Shown piece after piece: positions 1 to 10,060 of a stretch of 64,000 bases of DNA. Position numbers and translations under genes: made by a program. The notes below the pieces were generated by a model that saw only the letters and a list, made by a program, of their open reading frames with translations, had not been told where the DNA came from and made no database searches. Source of the DNA: Acidobacteriota bacterium (GTDB lineage Bacteria > Acidobacteriota > UBA6911 > RPQK01 > JAJDTT01); assembly GCA_965263035.1 (NCBI GenBank), contig OZ253580.1, positions 1,248,001 through 1,312,000 of the forward strand. Reading direction: 5' to 3'. Position 1 is the first letter of the stretch. Every line of letters begins with the position of its first letter.

Positions 1-1532
1 GCCTTGGGCACGTCGTAGAGACCGTCGAAATTCACCAGGTGCGAAGCGTCGACTTCGGGCAGGAGCACGACCAGCTTTCCCATTTTCTCCAGGAGCCGCT
101 TCTTCTCCTCCTTCTCCTCGGGGGTCATCCGATCTTCCCAATCCTTGTCCAGGGCCTTCAGCGCCTTGACCAAGGGTGCGGCGAGCTCAACCTGCTGAGG
201 AGTCCTCTTCTCGTCCGGAACCCCATGGGCCGAGACCACCTCGGGTGGGAACTCCGATTTGGTGGCCGTAATCATCCGCTTCTTGGTGCCGTCGAGGTAC
301 AGCTTGTAGACCCTTCTGGCTTCGTCCACGGCGATCATCCGGGAATAGGTCTCGTTCCGGTGGAACCTGGACATCCGCGTCACCACCGGGATCTCCACCG
401 AATCGCTGGCGGCGAAGACGGCCTGCAGGCGAAAGTAGTCCCGTTGCGAGACGGGATCGAACTTGTGGTCGTGACAGCGGGCGCAGGCCAGAGTCAACCC
501 CATGAAGACCGCGCCCGTGGTGTCGACCCAGTCGGTCATTCTCTCGTACGCCAGCTTGGGGGCGTCGAGCAGGGATTCGACGATCTCGGGACCGAAGGTA
601 TAGAGACCGGTGCCGATACGGGCCTCCAAGTGCTCCAGCTTCTCCGGGGAAATGCCGTAGTAGTTGTCGTGGAGTTCCAGATCGTCGGGCCACAGCTCAT
701 CCCCGGCGATCTGCTCCTGCAGGAACCGGTCGTAGGGTTTGTTCTCGTTCAGGGACTTGATGACGTAGTCGCGATAACGCCAGGAGTTGGGGAAGTACTC
801 GTCGGTCTCGTAGCCGCCGCTGTCAGCGTAGCGCACCAAGTCCAGCCAGTGTCTGGCCCAGCGCTCACCGTAGCGGGGCGAGGCCAGCAGGTCGCGGATG
901 AGAATGTCGTAGGCGTGGGGAGAGGAGTCTTGCAGAAAACGGTCCACCTGTTCGGGCGTGGGCGGCAGGCCGGTCAGATCGAAAGCGGCTCTGCGGATCA
1001 GGGTCCGGCTGTCCGCCTCGGGTGCCGGCTCCAGTCCGTGGCTCTCCAGCTTCTCCAGGATGAACGCATCGATGGGATTTCTGACCCGACTCTGGTTCTT
1101 GACCGTGGGAACGGGGGGGAGTCGGGGTCTTCGGAGCGACCACCAAGCCGGTTCGGCAGAACCGGCAGCGGCGGCCGCCGAGTCCCAGGGAGCGCCTCCG
1201 TCGATCCAGTCCCGTAAGGCGTCCAGGTCCCGGGAGGGAAGCGGCGGTTTGCCCGGGGGCATCTTCAACTCCCCGGCGTGAGAGGCCGCCAGGAAGAGCA
1301 GGCTCTCGTCCGACTTGCCGGGAACCAGTGCCGGCCCCTTCCCGCCGCCCGCCAGCATCGCCTCGCGATGCCGCAGGTCCAAGCCGGACATCCGCTGCTC
1401 CCCGTGGCAGGAAACACAGTTGCGCTGCAGGATTCTCCTGGCCGTTTCCTGGAGCGGGGACCCCGATTGCGCGGAGAAGGAGGACAACGTCAGGAACAGG
1501 ATGGATATCGCGGCGGCAATTGTATTCAACAC
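1..1532 (-). CDS. Planctomycete-type cytochrome c + DUF1549 (PSD1/PSCyt) protein, 3' end runs off the window
   Basis: Minus-strand frame from GTG at 1532 gives a signal peptide, CVSCH heme motif, MPP, WWSLRP, NPIDAFI, YGERWARHWLDLVRYADS and CARCHDHKFDP. Absent from the ORF track because it is truncated. Confidence 0.88.
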   Translation of the reverse strand, partial: MLNTIAAAISILFLTLSSFSAQSGSPLQETARRILQRNCVSCHGEQRMSGLDLRHREAMLAGGGKGPALVPGKSDESLLFLAASHAGELKMPPGKPPLPSRDLDALRDWIDGGAPWDSAAAAAGSAEPAWWSLRRPRLPPVPTVKNQSRVRNPIDAFILEKLESHGLEPAPEADSRTLIRRAAFDLTGLPPTPEQVDRFLQDSSPHAYDILIRDLLASPRYGERWARHWLDLVRYADSGGYETDEYFPNSWRYRDYVIKSLNENKPYDRFLQEQIAGDELWPDDLELHDNYYGISPEKLEHLEARIGTGLYTFGPEIVESLLDAPKLAYERMTDWVDTTGAVFMGLTLACARCHDHKFDPVSQRDYFRLQAVFAASDSVEIPVVTRMSRFHRNETYSRMIAVDEARRVYKLYLDGTKKRMITATKSEFPPEVVSAHGVPDEKRTPQQVELAAPLVKALKALDKDWEDRMTPEEKEEKKRLLEKMGKLVVLLPEVDASHLVNFDGLYDVPK

Positions 1533-1833
1533 TGACCTAACGCGCTAATGCTTCCCCTTCGCAGCAGGAAATCGACTTAGATTCATGTCCAACGACTATT
1601 GTTTCCGCATCCGGAGTTCACATTCTCACCTGTGACAGAATCGTGAGCAACATTGCCGCATAGTGGGCTCTTCGATTGAAACGTCGCAGCCGGCCGTCCG
1701 CAGCCGGACCCAATCCCGATAGGTGATCGAGGCGTTCCGACTTCTGGGATCCGGCGGCCTTCCCCGGCCAGTTTTCGAGTCCCATACACCCCCGAATCCG
1801 GCGGCCGGAGAGCCCGTGCTCCCGTCTCAGCTC

Positions 1834-2226
1834 TTACGGCGTCGGCCGGCGGGTTACGGCCCGCAGAGTTCGATCGAAGGTCATGACCTCGCTGACGCCG
1901 CGCCTGCGACAGCTGGCAAAATGGCAGAGGTCTCGGGCTCCCAGCATAGGATATTGCTCATGGAGTTGCCTGGCCAACGTGACATCCTCCTCCTCCAGCG
2001 GCCACACCTGCACCCGGGACCGGGCCACCAGCGCCATCGCCGCATCGAGCGCCTCCACTCTCGCGACCGGAAGATACGCATGGACCAATTCCTGCAAGAC
2101 CTCCGTCGACGTACACAGGGGAGTCCGATTCCCGTTGCACATGAGGAAGAATTCCCGGGCTATCCTCCGAAGTGGATGTGGCCGTCCTACCGCGTACACG
2201 AAGACATTGGTGTCGACGAAGATCAT
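1834..2226 (-). CDS. vapC: PIN-domain VapC-family toxin
   Basis: MIFVDTNVFVYA...EVLQE...ARDLCH...TFD. Its ATG overlaps the antitoxin stop (ATGA). Confidence 0.88.
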   Translation of the reverse strand: MIFVDTNVFVYAVGRPHPLRRIAREFFLMCNGNRTPLCTSTEVLQELVHAYLPVARVEALDAAMALVARSRVQVWPLEEEDVTLARQLHEQYPMLGARDLCHFASCRRRGVSEVMTFDRTLRAVTRRPTP

Positions 2227-2498
2227 GTTCCGCCAATACCGCTTCTCCGCGATTCGTTGATGACCTCCAGGTGCTCCTCCCAGTCCGGTTCCACCTTGGG
2301 ACCTTCCAATGCGTCGCACTCCCGGAAGAATCGGTGCAGGTCCTCCGCCGATTCGAAGGGTACGGAACGCTGTTTTTCCGCGAGCCGCTGGCGCGCGGCG
2401 GCTCTCAGCCAACCACTCAACGACATGCCCTCTATTCGCGCCTGGTGGCGGAAACGGTCGCGGTCTTCATCGGGGATCAGGAGCTGAACTCTGGCCAT
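2223..2498 (-). CDS. Ribbon-helix-helix antitoxin
   Basis: MARVQLLIPDEDRDRFRHQARIEGMSLSGWLRAAA, translationally coupled to the PIN gene. Confidence 0.8.
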   Translation of the reverse strand: MARVQLLIPDEDRDRFRHQARIEGMSLSGWLRAAARQRLAEKQRSVPFESAEDLHRFFRECDALEGPKVEPDWEEHLEVINESRRSGIGGT

Positions 2499-2522
2499 GG
2501 CACTAACCTGTATCTGCGATAG

Positions 2523-2547
2523 GGATGTGTATGAAATATACACATCC
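2523..2547. promoter_or_regulatory. Putative TA operator (inverted repeat)
   Basis: GGATGTGTAT-N5-ATACACATCC just upstream of the antitoxin start. Confidence 0.65.
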
Positions 2548-2668
2548 TGTTCCTAGTCGACAAGTGTGTGGCCAGGCTGCAAACGCTGACTGTGACGAAT
2601 CTCCCAGCGCTACGCCTCATACTGGTCGGATGTGCTGGCGTCGGCGTTGATCCATCGTCCGGGGTTCG

Positions 2669-3073
2669 TCAGAACAATTCGCTGATTGCCTCTTGGGGGC
2701 TGATCGCCGGGATCGGCGAGCGCCGGAAGTCCTTCATGTTCCTCGTCACGATGTACCGAGCCCCGCAGGCATCGGCGGCGGCGACTTGCATAGCGTCCTC
2801 GAAGTCGGTCATTGGAAGCGCGGCCGCGTAACGAATCGCTTCAGTACCAGTTTCTGCGACCTCCACGAAGCGGGTCAGTTCCAGGATGAAATCGCGCGCC
2901 GTTTTCTCTCCATGTGAGGGAGCCACCATGTAGAAGAAGTTCGAGACCGAATGCCATGCGATAAACGCTTTTTGATAGCCATGCTCAAGCCGGTCGAGAA
3001 TCTCCGAGGCCAAGTCCGAGTGGGGGCTCCTGTCGAGCGCGACGTCGATGAGGACATCGGTGTCGAGGAGCAT
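2669..3073 (-). CDS. PIN-domain toxin
   Basis: MLLDTDVLID...DFEDAMQVAAA...IVTRNMKDF. Confidence 0.88.
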   Translation of the reverse strand: MLLDTDVLIDVALDRSPHSDLASEILDRLEHGYQKAFIAWHSVSNFFYMVAPSHGEKTARDFILELTRFVEVAETGTEAIRYAAALPMTDFEDAMQVAAADACGARYIVTRNMKDFRRSPIPAISPQEAISELF

Positions 3074-3294
3074 CAGAGGTACTTCCTGGCCAGCCTTTCG
3101 TAGCGCAGGTCGTCACGGTGTGCGGCCTGGAAACGACCCCTCCACCGCGAGGCGAAGGAGGGTGTGTCCTCCCCTGTCATATCTCGGAGCGATTGTTCGA
3201 TGAGGGACGACAGCGACACCCGGCGAGACCGGGCATAACGCTTGGCCCTGGGGATCAACTCGGCATCCACCGTGATCGTCAGCTTTTTCTTCAT
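3073..3294 (-). CDS. DUF6364/RHH-type antitoxin
   Basis: MKKKLTITVDAELIPRAKRYARSRRVSLSSLIE. 1-nt overlap with the PIN gene and GGAGG upstream. Confidence 0.82.
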   Translation of the reverse strand: MKKKLTITVDAELIPRAKRYARSRRVSLSSLIEQSLRDMTGEDTPSFASRWRGRFQAAHRDDLRYERLARKYL

Positions 3295-3321
3295 CTCTGA
3301 TCGTCGTCCTCCCTGGAAACG

Positions 3322-3353
3322 ACTATACGTATAGTATCCACTAGTATACGTAT
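3322..3353. promoter_or_regulatory. Putative TA operator, two palindromes
   Basis: Perfect ACTATACGTATAGT (3322-3335) and ATACGTAT (3346-3353). Confidence 0.65.
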
Positions 3354-3480
3354 TACCCTCTTGCGTTCAAAGTCTGACGAATCCGCGCGTTGCCCATACG
3401 CCGGCAAGTGTGAGGTACACGGAGGCTGGGGTTTGACCAGTTACTCCATATAACGATGATTACAGCGGAAGGACGATCCA

Positions 3481-3708
3481 GTGCTCTCTTTCAAGGTAAC
3501 CTCCATCGGCTCCTCGTCCGGCATCATTGTGACCAAGGTGGCAAGGGCACGGCTCAGGGTGAAAAAGGGCGACACTCTCTATCTCACTGAAGCCCTGCAC
3601 GGGGCCTGGCGAATGACGCCCTACAACGCCGAACTCACGAGCGAGATGAAACTGGCTGAAGAGATCATGCATGAAGATCGCGAGGTTTTGAGGGCGCTGG
3701 CGAAGTGA
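3481..3708 (+). CDS. AbrB/MazE-type antitoxin (Doc-associated type), orphan
   Basis: KVTSIGSSSGII...LRVKKGDTLYLTE...MTPY...AEEIMHEDREVLRALAK. No toxin ORF follows. Confidence 0.78.
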   Translation: MLSFKVTSIGSSSGIIVTKVARARLRVKKGDTLYLTEALHGAWRMTPYNAELTSEMKLAEEIMHEDREVLRALAK

Positions 3709-3811
3709 CTCCGATTGACGTTTTTGCCTGAGACGGTCCGGGCGGGCGAATGGCCGGATCGCCAGAATCCGGTCAAGACTTCCGCCGATTTTTGGTTTAG
3801 ACTACGCGCCA

Positions 3812-4747
3812 ATGTGCGGCATTGTCGGGTACCTGAACCGTAGCGGCTCCGGGGCCGGCGCCCCCATCGGGTCGATTCTCCTGGGGATGCTCAAGAGCCT
3901 GGACTGCCGGGGGCCCGACTCGGCCGGCGTCGCCATCTTCGGCCCCACCCGGACACCGAATCTCAAGCTGCGGATCAAGTTGAACGGTGCGAGCGACCTC
4001 CGCGACTCGGCGGACCGGGCGCGCGGGATCGTGTCCCGCCGGCTTCCCGTCCTGGAAGCGGACGTCGTCCACGAGTACCTGCAACTGCTCGTGGGACCGG
4101 TGGAAGACCCCGAGTCCGTTCTGCCTCGGCTGGAGCGGGACCTGGAGGACTTCGAACTGGTCAGCGGCGGCCGCCAGTTGGAAATCGTCAAGCAGGTCGG
4201 GTCGCCCACCCGTCTGGACACCGGCTACGGGATCTCCCAACTGACCGGGACCCACGGCATCGGCCACACCCGCCTCTCCACCGAGAGCCGTGTCGACCTG
4301 AGCCACTCCCAGCCCTTCGGAGTCCACGGCGTCGCCGATCTGGCCACGGTCCACAACGGACACATCACCAACTACCACAAGCTGCGGGGCCGCTACGAAC
4401 AGATGGGCGTCCGCTTCTTCACCGCGAACGACTCGGAGGTCATCGGCGTCTACCTGGCCCATCAGATGTCCCTGGGCCGGACCTTCCGGGAGGCGCTGGA
4501 GTCCTCGCTGGACGACTTCGACGGCTCCTTCTCCTACTTGGCCGCCTCCGGCAACGAGTTCGCCTACGCCAAGGACCGGTTCGGATTCAAGCCGCTGCTG
4601 GTGGCCGAGTCGGAGGACTGGGTTGCCATCGCCACCGAAGAGATCGCCCTCCGGTCCACCCTGACCGGAGATTTCGACGCCTTGGAGCCGGGGGTGAACC
4701 AAATCCGAATCTGGTCCCTGCCCCAGCCGGACGCAGAGACGGTGTAA
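3812..4747 (+). CDS. mgsA: N-methylglutamate synthase subunit A (class II glutamine amidotransferase, GlxB-like)
   Basis: N-terminal MCGIVG, RGPDSAG, GHTRLSTES, VHNG; cluster context. Confidence 0.85.
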   Translation: MCGIVGYLNRSGSGAGAPIGSILLGMLKSLDCRGPDSAGVAIFGPTRTPNLKLRIKLNGASDLRDSADRARGIVSRRLPVLEADVVHEYLQLLVGPVEDPESVLPRLERDLEDFELVSGGRQLEIVKQVGSPTRLDTGYGISQLTGTHGIGHTRLSTESRVDLSHSQPFGVHGVADLATVHNGHITNYHKLRGRYEQMGVRFFTANDSEVIGVYLAHQMSLGRTFREALESSLDDFDGSFSYLAASGNEFAYAKDRFGFKPLLVAESEDWVAIATEEIALRSTLTGDFDALEPGVNQIRIWSLPQPDAETV

Positions 4748-5439
4748 TGGGAGTCGAGGTGAGGGCCGACGATCGGAGTTCCCGGGAGATCAACGATCAG
4801 ATCAAGGATCTGATCCGATCGGGAGAGACACGGATCCGGGTCCTGGGGACCCAGGCCCAGCACAATCTGGCCGTGGGGATCCTGTCTCAGGTCTCCATCT
4901 CCTTCGAAGGCAGCGTGGGCTACTATTGCGGCGGCCTCATGGACGGACCGGACCTGGAGATCCTGGGCAGCGCGGGATGGGGTCTCGGGGAGTCCATGGC
5001 TTCGGGCACCATCCAGGTCACGGGAAACGCCGGCAACGGCTGCGGCGCCTCCATTCGCGGGGGCACACTGGCGGTCCGCGGCAGCACGGCGGCCCGGGCA
5101 GGCATCAGCATGAAGGGGGGGCTCCTCATCATCGGCGGCAGCTGCGGGTACATGACCGGATTCATGAGTCAGAAGGGAACGGTGATCGTCTGCGGGAACG
5201 CGGGCCCCGGCCTGGGCGACTCCATGTATGAAGGCCGGATCTTCGTCGGGGGCGAGATCCAGGAACTGGGCAACGACGCCGTGGTCGAAGAACCGGACCA
5301 GGAGGACTGGGACTTCCTGACCCGGAATTTGGAGCCCCGGGGCTTCCCGGTCCCCGCCTCCTTCAAGAAAGTCGTCTCCGGCCGGCGCCTCTGGAACTTC
5401 AACCGCAAGGAGCGGGATCTCTGGAAGGAGGTCTTGTGA
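4747..5439 (+). CDS. mgsB: N-methylglutamate synthase subunit B (GXGXG domain, GlxC-like)
   Basis: GXGXG repeats, HNLAVG, GDSMYEG, SGRRLWNF. Confidence 0.85.
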   Translation: MGVEVRADDRSSREINDQIKDLIRSGETRIRVLGTQAQHNLAVGILSQVSISFEGSVGYYCGGLMDGPDLEILGSAGWGLGESMASGTIQVTGNAGNGCGASIRGGTLAVRGSTAARAGISMKGGLLIIGGSCGYMTGFMSQKGTVIVCGNAGPGLGDSMYEGRIFVGGEIQELGNDAVVEEPDQEDWDFLTRNLEPRGFPVPASFKKVVSGRRLWNFNRKERDLWKEVL

Positions 5440-6776
5440 CGGAACCGAGAGCTACCCGGCAGAGCGGAATCTACAGCCCCGACGTGATCGAGGACATCCA
5501 GACCAAGGCGGAGCTGGGACGCTACCGAATACGCGGTTTCGGAACCTTGCGGACCCGTCCCATGCCCACCCTGGACGATCTGGTGTTCATCCCCTGCACC
5601 CTGACCCGGATTCCGCTGGAGGGGTACCGGGAGAGGTGCAGCACCCGCACCGTCCTGGGGGCGCGCCACGCCCGCAAGCCCATCGTCCTGGACACCCCGG
5701 TCATGGTGACGGGGATGAGCTACGGCGCCCTCTCCTACAACGCCAAGGTGGCCCTGGCCCAGGGAGCGTCCCGGGTCGGCTCCTCCACCACCACCGGAGA
5801 CGGGGGCATGCTTCCGGCCGAACGGGAACACTCCAAGGTCCTGATCTACGAGGTTCTCCCCAGCCGCTACGGCATCGACGTCCATCACATGAAGATGGCC
5901 GACGGCATCGAGCTGACCATCGGCCAGGGCGCCAAGCCGGGAACCGGAGGAATGCTGCTGGGCTCCAAGGTTTCCAGCGAGATCGCCGGAATGCGGGACC
6001 TTCCCGACGGAGTCGATCAGCGGAGCCCCTGCCGGCACCCCGACTTCCTGGGTCCCGACGACATGATCATCAAGATCGAGGAGCTGCGGGAGGCCACCGA
6101 CTGGCAGGTGCCCATCTTCGTCAAGATGGGGGCCACGCGGGTCTTCGACGACGTCAAGCTGGCGGCCAAGGCCGGAGCCGACGTGGTGGTGGTCGACGGC
6201 ATGGAGGGAGGGACCGGCGCCTCGCCCGACATGCTCATGGACCACACCGGCATCCCCACGCTGGCCGCGGTCTGTGAGGCCCGCGCCGCCCTGGAGGACC
6301 TGGGCCTCTTCGGAGAGGTGCAGCTGATCATGGCCGGGGGCATCCGCAGCGGCACCGACGTGGCCAAAGCCCTGGCTCTGGGCGCCGATGCCGTCTATAT
6401 GGGGACGGCCTTCCTGATCGCCCTCAACTGCAACAAGCCCATCTACGTGGAGGACTACCACCAGTTGGGGACCGAGCCCTACGCGTGCCACCACTGCCAC
6501 ACCGGGCTCTGCCCCGTGGGGATCACCACCCAGGATCCGGAACTCGTGGCCCGTTTGCCCATCGACGAAGCGGCCGACCGGGTGGCCAACTTCTTCCAGG
6601 CCATGAACTCGGAGATCCAGATGCTGGCGCGAGCCTGCGGCAAGTCCGACATCCACGACCTGGACCCGGAGGACCTTCGGGCGCTGACTCTGGAGTCCTC
6701 CATGATCGCCGAAGTGCCTCTGGTGGGAACCCGCCGGGTCTTCGGAGGAGGAGCCGGTTGGAAGGAATCCCATTGA
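5436..6776 (+). CDS. mgsC: N-methylglutamate synthase subunit C (FMN-binding glutamate synthase family, GlxD-like)
   Basis: GMSYGALS, GQGAKPGTGG, RHPDFLGPDD, CHHCHTGLCPVGITTQ. Confidence 0.88.
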   Translation: MTEPRATRQSGIYSPDVIEDIQTKAELGRYRIRGFGTLRTRPMPTLDDLVFIPCTLTRIPLEGYRERCSTRTVLGARHARKPIVLDTPVMVTGMSYGALSYNAKVALAQGASRVGSSTTTGDGGMLPAEREHSKVLIYEVLPSRYGIDVHHMKMADGIELTIGQGAKPGTGGMLLGSKVSSEIAGMRDLPDGVDQRSPCRHPDFLGPDDMIIKIEELREATDWQVPIFVKMGATRVFDDVKLAAKAGADVVVVDGMEGGTGASPDMLMDHTGIPTLAAVCEARAALEDLGLFGEVQLIMAGGIRSGTDVAKALALGADAVYMGTAFLIALNCNKPIYVEDYHQLGTEPYACHHCHTGLCPVGITTQDPELVARLPIDEAADRVANFFQAMNSEIQMLARACGKSDIHDLDPEDLRALTLESSMIAEVPLVGTRRVFGGGAGWKESH

Positions 6777-6849
6777 GCGGCCACTCCTGCGTACGACTCG
6801 GCCGGACCGTCTCGAGATCGCACCTCCATTTCCCTGCCGGGAGTCTTCC

Positions 6850-7149
6850 GTGTCCTTTCTGATGAGCTGCCCCAACTGCGGCCCCCGCTCCGCCTACGAG
6901 TTCCACTGCGCGGGGGAGTACCAGAAGCGGCCCGCGCAAGGGGCGCCGGAGCGGGAATGGGCCCGCTACCGCTATTTCCGGAAGAACCACCCCGGGGAGC
7001 AGCTGGAGTGGTGGCTTCACTCCACGGGCTGCCGTTGCTGGTTCCTGGCCAGGCGCGTCGCCGCCTCCAATAAAGTGATCTCCAGCTTCTGGCCCCACGA
7101 GCTGGGCGGGTCCCAGGCCGGACCGGACGGAGGCGGACAGGCGTCATGA
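6850..7149 (+). CDS. soxD: Sarcosine oxidase/N-methylglutamate dehydrogenase delta subunit (MgdB-like)
   Basis: CPNCGPR..EF...W.H..GC..W zinc motif. Confidence 0.85.
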   Translation: MSFLMSCPNCGPRSAYEFHCAGEYQKRPAQGAPEREWARYRYFRKNHPGEQLEWWLHSTGCRCWFLARRVAASNKVISSFWPHELGGSQAGPDGGGQAS

Positions 7150-10058
7150 AGCGACTGGGCCCGAAACCGGGGGAGATCCTGGACCGCAGCCGCCGGCTCT
7201 CCTTCCGCTTCGACGGCAAGACCTGTGAAGCCTACCCGGGGGACACGGTGGCTTCGGCCCTGCTGGCATCCGGCGTGAAGATCTTCTCCCGCAGCTTCAA
7301 GTACCACCGTCCCCGCGGGCTGCTCTGCGTCTCGGGCAACTGTCCCAACTGCCTCATGAACGTCAACGGGACACCCAACGTGCGCACCTGCACCCGACCC
7401 GTCCAAGAGGGAGACCAAGTAACGTCCCAGCACTGCTGGCCGTCGCCTCGCTGGGACCTGCTGTCCCTGATTGAGCGGCTGGATGCCCTGATGCCCGTGG
7501 GCTTCTACTACAAGACCCTGATCCGTCCCCGGCTCATGTGGCGGCTGGCGGAACCGGTCATCCGGCGCCTCGCCGGGCTGGGCAGCCTCAAGCATTCGAC
7601 GGGGGAGCCGGCCCATTACGAACACGAGCACCGGCACACCGAAATCGTCGTGGCGGGAGGCGGAGCCACCGGGATGGCGGCGGCGCTGGCGGCCGCCGAA
7701 GCCGGTGCCCAAGTGGTCCTGGTGGAGAGCGAAACCAACCTGGGAGGCCGGCTCAGGTCCCAGTCGGTTCCGGTCGTCGATCCGGACACCGGCACCTCCC
7801 TTCCCGGCTTCGAGTTAGCTCGCGTCTGGGCCCGAAAGGTCCAGGACCATCCCGGCATCCAGGTCCTGACCGGGTCACTGGCCTTCGGTGCCTACGAAGG
7901 ACGGCTCCTGAGCATCGTCCGGAAAAACCGTCTCGTCCAGCTCCGGTACGATCAGTTGGTGGCCGCGACGGGCAGCAATGAGTACCCCCTCCTGTTCGCC
8001 GGCAACGACCTGCCGGGCGTCATGCTCGGCTCCGGCGTTCGGAAGCTCTTGAATCTATACCGGATTCGGCCCGGGACCCGGGCTGCCGTAGTGGTTTCGG
8101 ACGACGAAGGACTGGATCTGGCGTTGGAACTGCACGACTCGGGCATCGAGTTGTCGGTGGTGGTGGATCGGCGCTCGGACCCGCCCCGCAGCCCCGCCGC
8201 CCGCCGCCTCGCAGCCTTGGGTGTTCCCCATCTCGACTCCTCGTACCCCGCAGCCGCTCAGGGACGCCGGAAAGTGGAGGCGCTGAGGGTCGCCACCGGC
8301 CTGGCCGAAGACGGATCGAACGGGCAACGGGTGTCCACCTACAGCTGCGACCTGGTGTGCCTCTGCTCTCCCTGGTCCCCGGCCATCGAACTGCCCCGGC
8401 AGGAAGGCGGCAAGGCCCGGTTCGACACCCACAGCAACCAGCACGTCTGCGAGTCCCTTCCGGACCACGTTCACGCAGCGGGCCACCTGGAGGGCGTCCG
8501 GGATCTGACCTCCCGTCTCGGCCAGGGCCGGGCCGCCGGGTTGAGGGCCGCAGCCGCCGTCCGGTCGCTGGAAGGGGAGGCCGCCCGGCATCTGGAGAAT
8601 CTCGACCGGCAGTTGCGGGAGGAGGCTCGGTCCAGGAAACCCCGGGAGGAGATTCCCTTCCCGCGCCAGAACCCGGCGGGAGAAAAGGCCTTCGTCTGCC
8701 TCTGCGAGGACGTGACCGACAAGGACGTGGTCAACGCGGTGCAGGAAGGGTTCCGCGAGATGGAACTGCTCAAGCGCTACACCACGGCCACCATGGGCCC
8801 CTGTCAGGGCAAGATGTGCCAGATGCTGCTGGCCGGCGCCTGTGCCCGGGAGACCGGCCGCACGCTGCACGAGACCGGCAGAACCACTTCCCGTCCCCCG
8901 GTGGCCCCCATCTCCCTGGGGGTCCTGGCGGGTCCCCACCACCACCCGGTCAAGTTGACGCCGCTTCACGATCGGCACCAGGCGGCCGGCGCCAAACAAA
9001 TGGCCATGGGGGAATGGATGCGTCCCTTCAGTTATGGGAACCCGGAGGAGGAATGGAAGGCGGTCCGGGAGCGGGTGGGTGTCATCGACGTGAGCACCCT
9101 GGGGAAACTGGAGGTCCAGGGCGCCGATGCCGGCAAGCTGCTGGACCTGGTCTACACCCACCACTTCTCCAACCTGAAGCCGGGACGGATCCGCTACGGC
9201 GTCCTCTGCGGAGAGGACGGCATCATCCTGGACGACGGCACCGTCAGCCACCTGGCCGAGGACCACTTCTACATCACCACCACCACGGGCAACATCTCCT
9301 TCGTGGAGCAGTGGCTGGACTGGTGGGCCGTGGTGTCCGGCTTCTGCGCCCACGTCACCGAGGTCACGGCAAACTTCGCGGCCGTGAACCTGGCCGGCCC
9401 CCAGGCCCGGCAGGTCCTCTCCCGGCTGACCGACCTGGACCTCTCCAACGAGTCGTTCCGCTACATGCGCTGCCGCACGGCGACGGTGGCGGGGGTGCCG
9501 GCGCGGCTGCTCCGGATCGGGTTCGTGGGGGAGACCGGCTGGGAGATTCACGTCCCCGCCTCCTACGGGGCGCATCTCTGGGACACGCTACTGGAAGTCG
9601 GAGCCGATCAGGGGATCGCTCCCTTCGGTGTCGAGGCCCAGAGGATCCTGCGGCTGGAGAAGAAGCATTTCATCGTGGGGCAGGACACCGACGCCCTGAG
9701 CAATCCCATCGAGTCGAACATGGGATGGGTGGTGAAAATGGAGAAGCCGGACTTCATCGGCCGCCAGGCTCTCCAGAAGGCCCGGGAGGAGGGCGCGTAC
9801 AATCGTCTGGTCGGTTTCGTGACCTCCCGGCGGGTCCAGGAGGGGGCCGCCGTGGTTCGGGACCAGCAGCCGGTGGGGCGCGTGACCAGCGCCCGGTGGA
9901 TCCCCCATCAGAACCGCTGCATCGGACTGGCGTGGGTCCCGGAAGAAGATTCCGCCGACGGCTCGGCGATCCGGATCAGTCACGACGGGTCGCTGCTTCC
10001 GGGAAGGGTGCACGCCGCACCGTTCTACGATCCGAAAGGCTCACGGCTGCGAGGTTGA
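7146..10058 (+). CDS. soxA: Sarcosine oxidase/NMG dehydrogenase alpha subunit (MgdC-like)
   Basis: GDTVASALLA, SRSFKYHRPRG, LKRYTTATMGPCQGK, GcvT-type C-terminus. Confidence 0.9.
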   Translation: MKRLGPKPGEILDRSRRLSFRFDGKTCEAYPGDTVASALLASGVKIFSRSFKYHRPRGLLCVSGNCPNCLMNVNGTPNVRTCTRPVQEGDQVTSQHCWPSPRWDLLSLIERLDALMPVGFYYKTLIRPRLMWRLAEPVIRRLAGLGSLKHSTGEPAHYEHEHRHTEIVVAGGGATGMAAALAAAEAGAQVVLVESETNLGGRLRSQSVPVVDPDTGTSLPGFELARVWARKVQDHPGIQVLTGSLAFGAYEGRLLSIVRKNRLVQLRYDQLVAATGSNEYPLLFAGNDLPGVMLGSGVRKLLNLYRIRPGTRAAVVVSDDEGLDLALELHDSGIELSVVVDRRSDPPRSPAARRLAALGVPHLDSSYPAAAQGRRKVEALRVATGLAEDGSNGQRVSTYSCDLVCLCSPWSPAIELPRQEGGKARFDTHSNQHVCESLPDHVHAAGHLEGVRDLTSRLGQGRAAGLRAAAAVRSLEGEAARHLENLDRQLREEARSRKPREEIPFPRQNPAGEKAFVCLCEDVTDKDVVNAVQEGFREMELLKRYTTATMGPCQGKMCQMLLAGACARETGRTLHETGRTTSRPPVAPISLGVLAGPHHHPVKLTPLHDRHQAAGAKQMAMGEWMRPFSYGNPEEEWKAVRERVGVIDVSTLGKLEVQGADAGKLLDLVYTHHFSNLKPGRIRYGVLCGEDGIILDDGTVSHLAEDHFYITTTTGNISFVEQWLDWWAVVSGFCAHVTEVTANFAAVNLAGPQARQVLSRLTDLDLSNESFRYMRCRTATVAGVPARLLRIGFVGETGWEIHVPASYGAHLWDTLLEVGADQGIAPFGVEAQRILRLEKKHFIVGQDTDALSNPIESNMGWVVKMEKPDFIGRQALQKAREEGAYNRLVGFVTSRRVQEGAAVVRDQQPVGRVTSARWIPHQNRCIGLAWVPEEDSADGSAIRISHDGSLLPGRVHAAPFYDPKGSRLRG

Positions 10059-10060
10059 CC

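Noticed and set aside
39-1217. 392-aa plus-strand ORF
   Set aside because: Antisense shadow of the minus-strand cytochrome c/DUF1549 gene, which carries the recognisable motifs.
2557-3415. Short shared words (TGACGAATC, CAAGTGTG) in spacers between TA modules, considered as attC-like cassette sites
   Set aside because: Too short, in different order, no attC structure and no integrase seen.
8357-10060. N-terminal part of the 795-aa ORF
   Set aside because: Off-frame overlap with the alpha subunit; only the part from ATG 10061 is protein-like.
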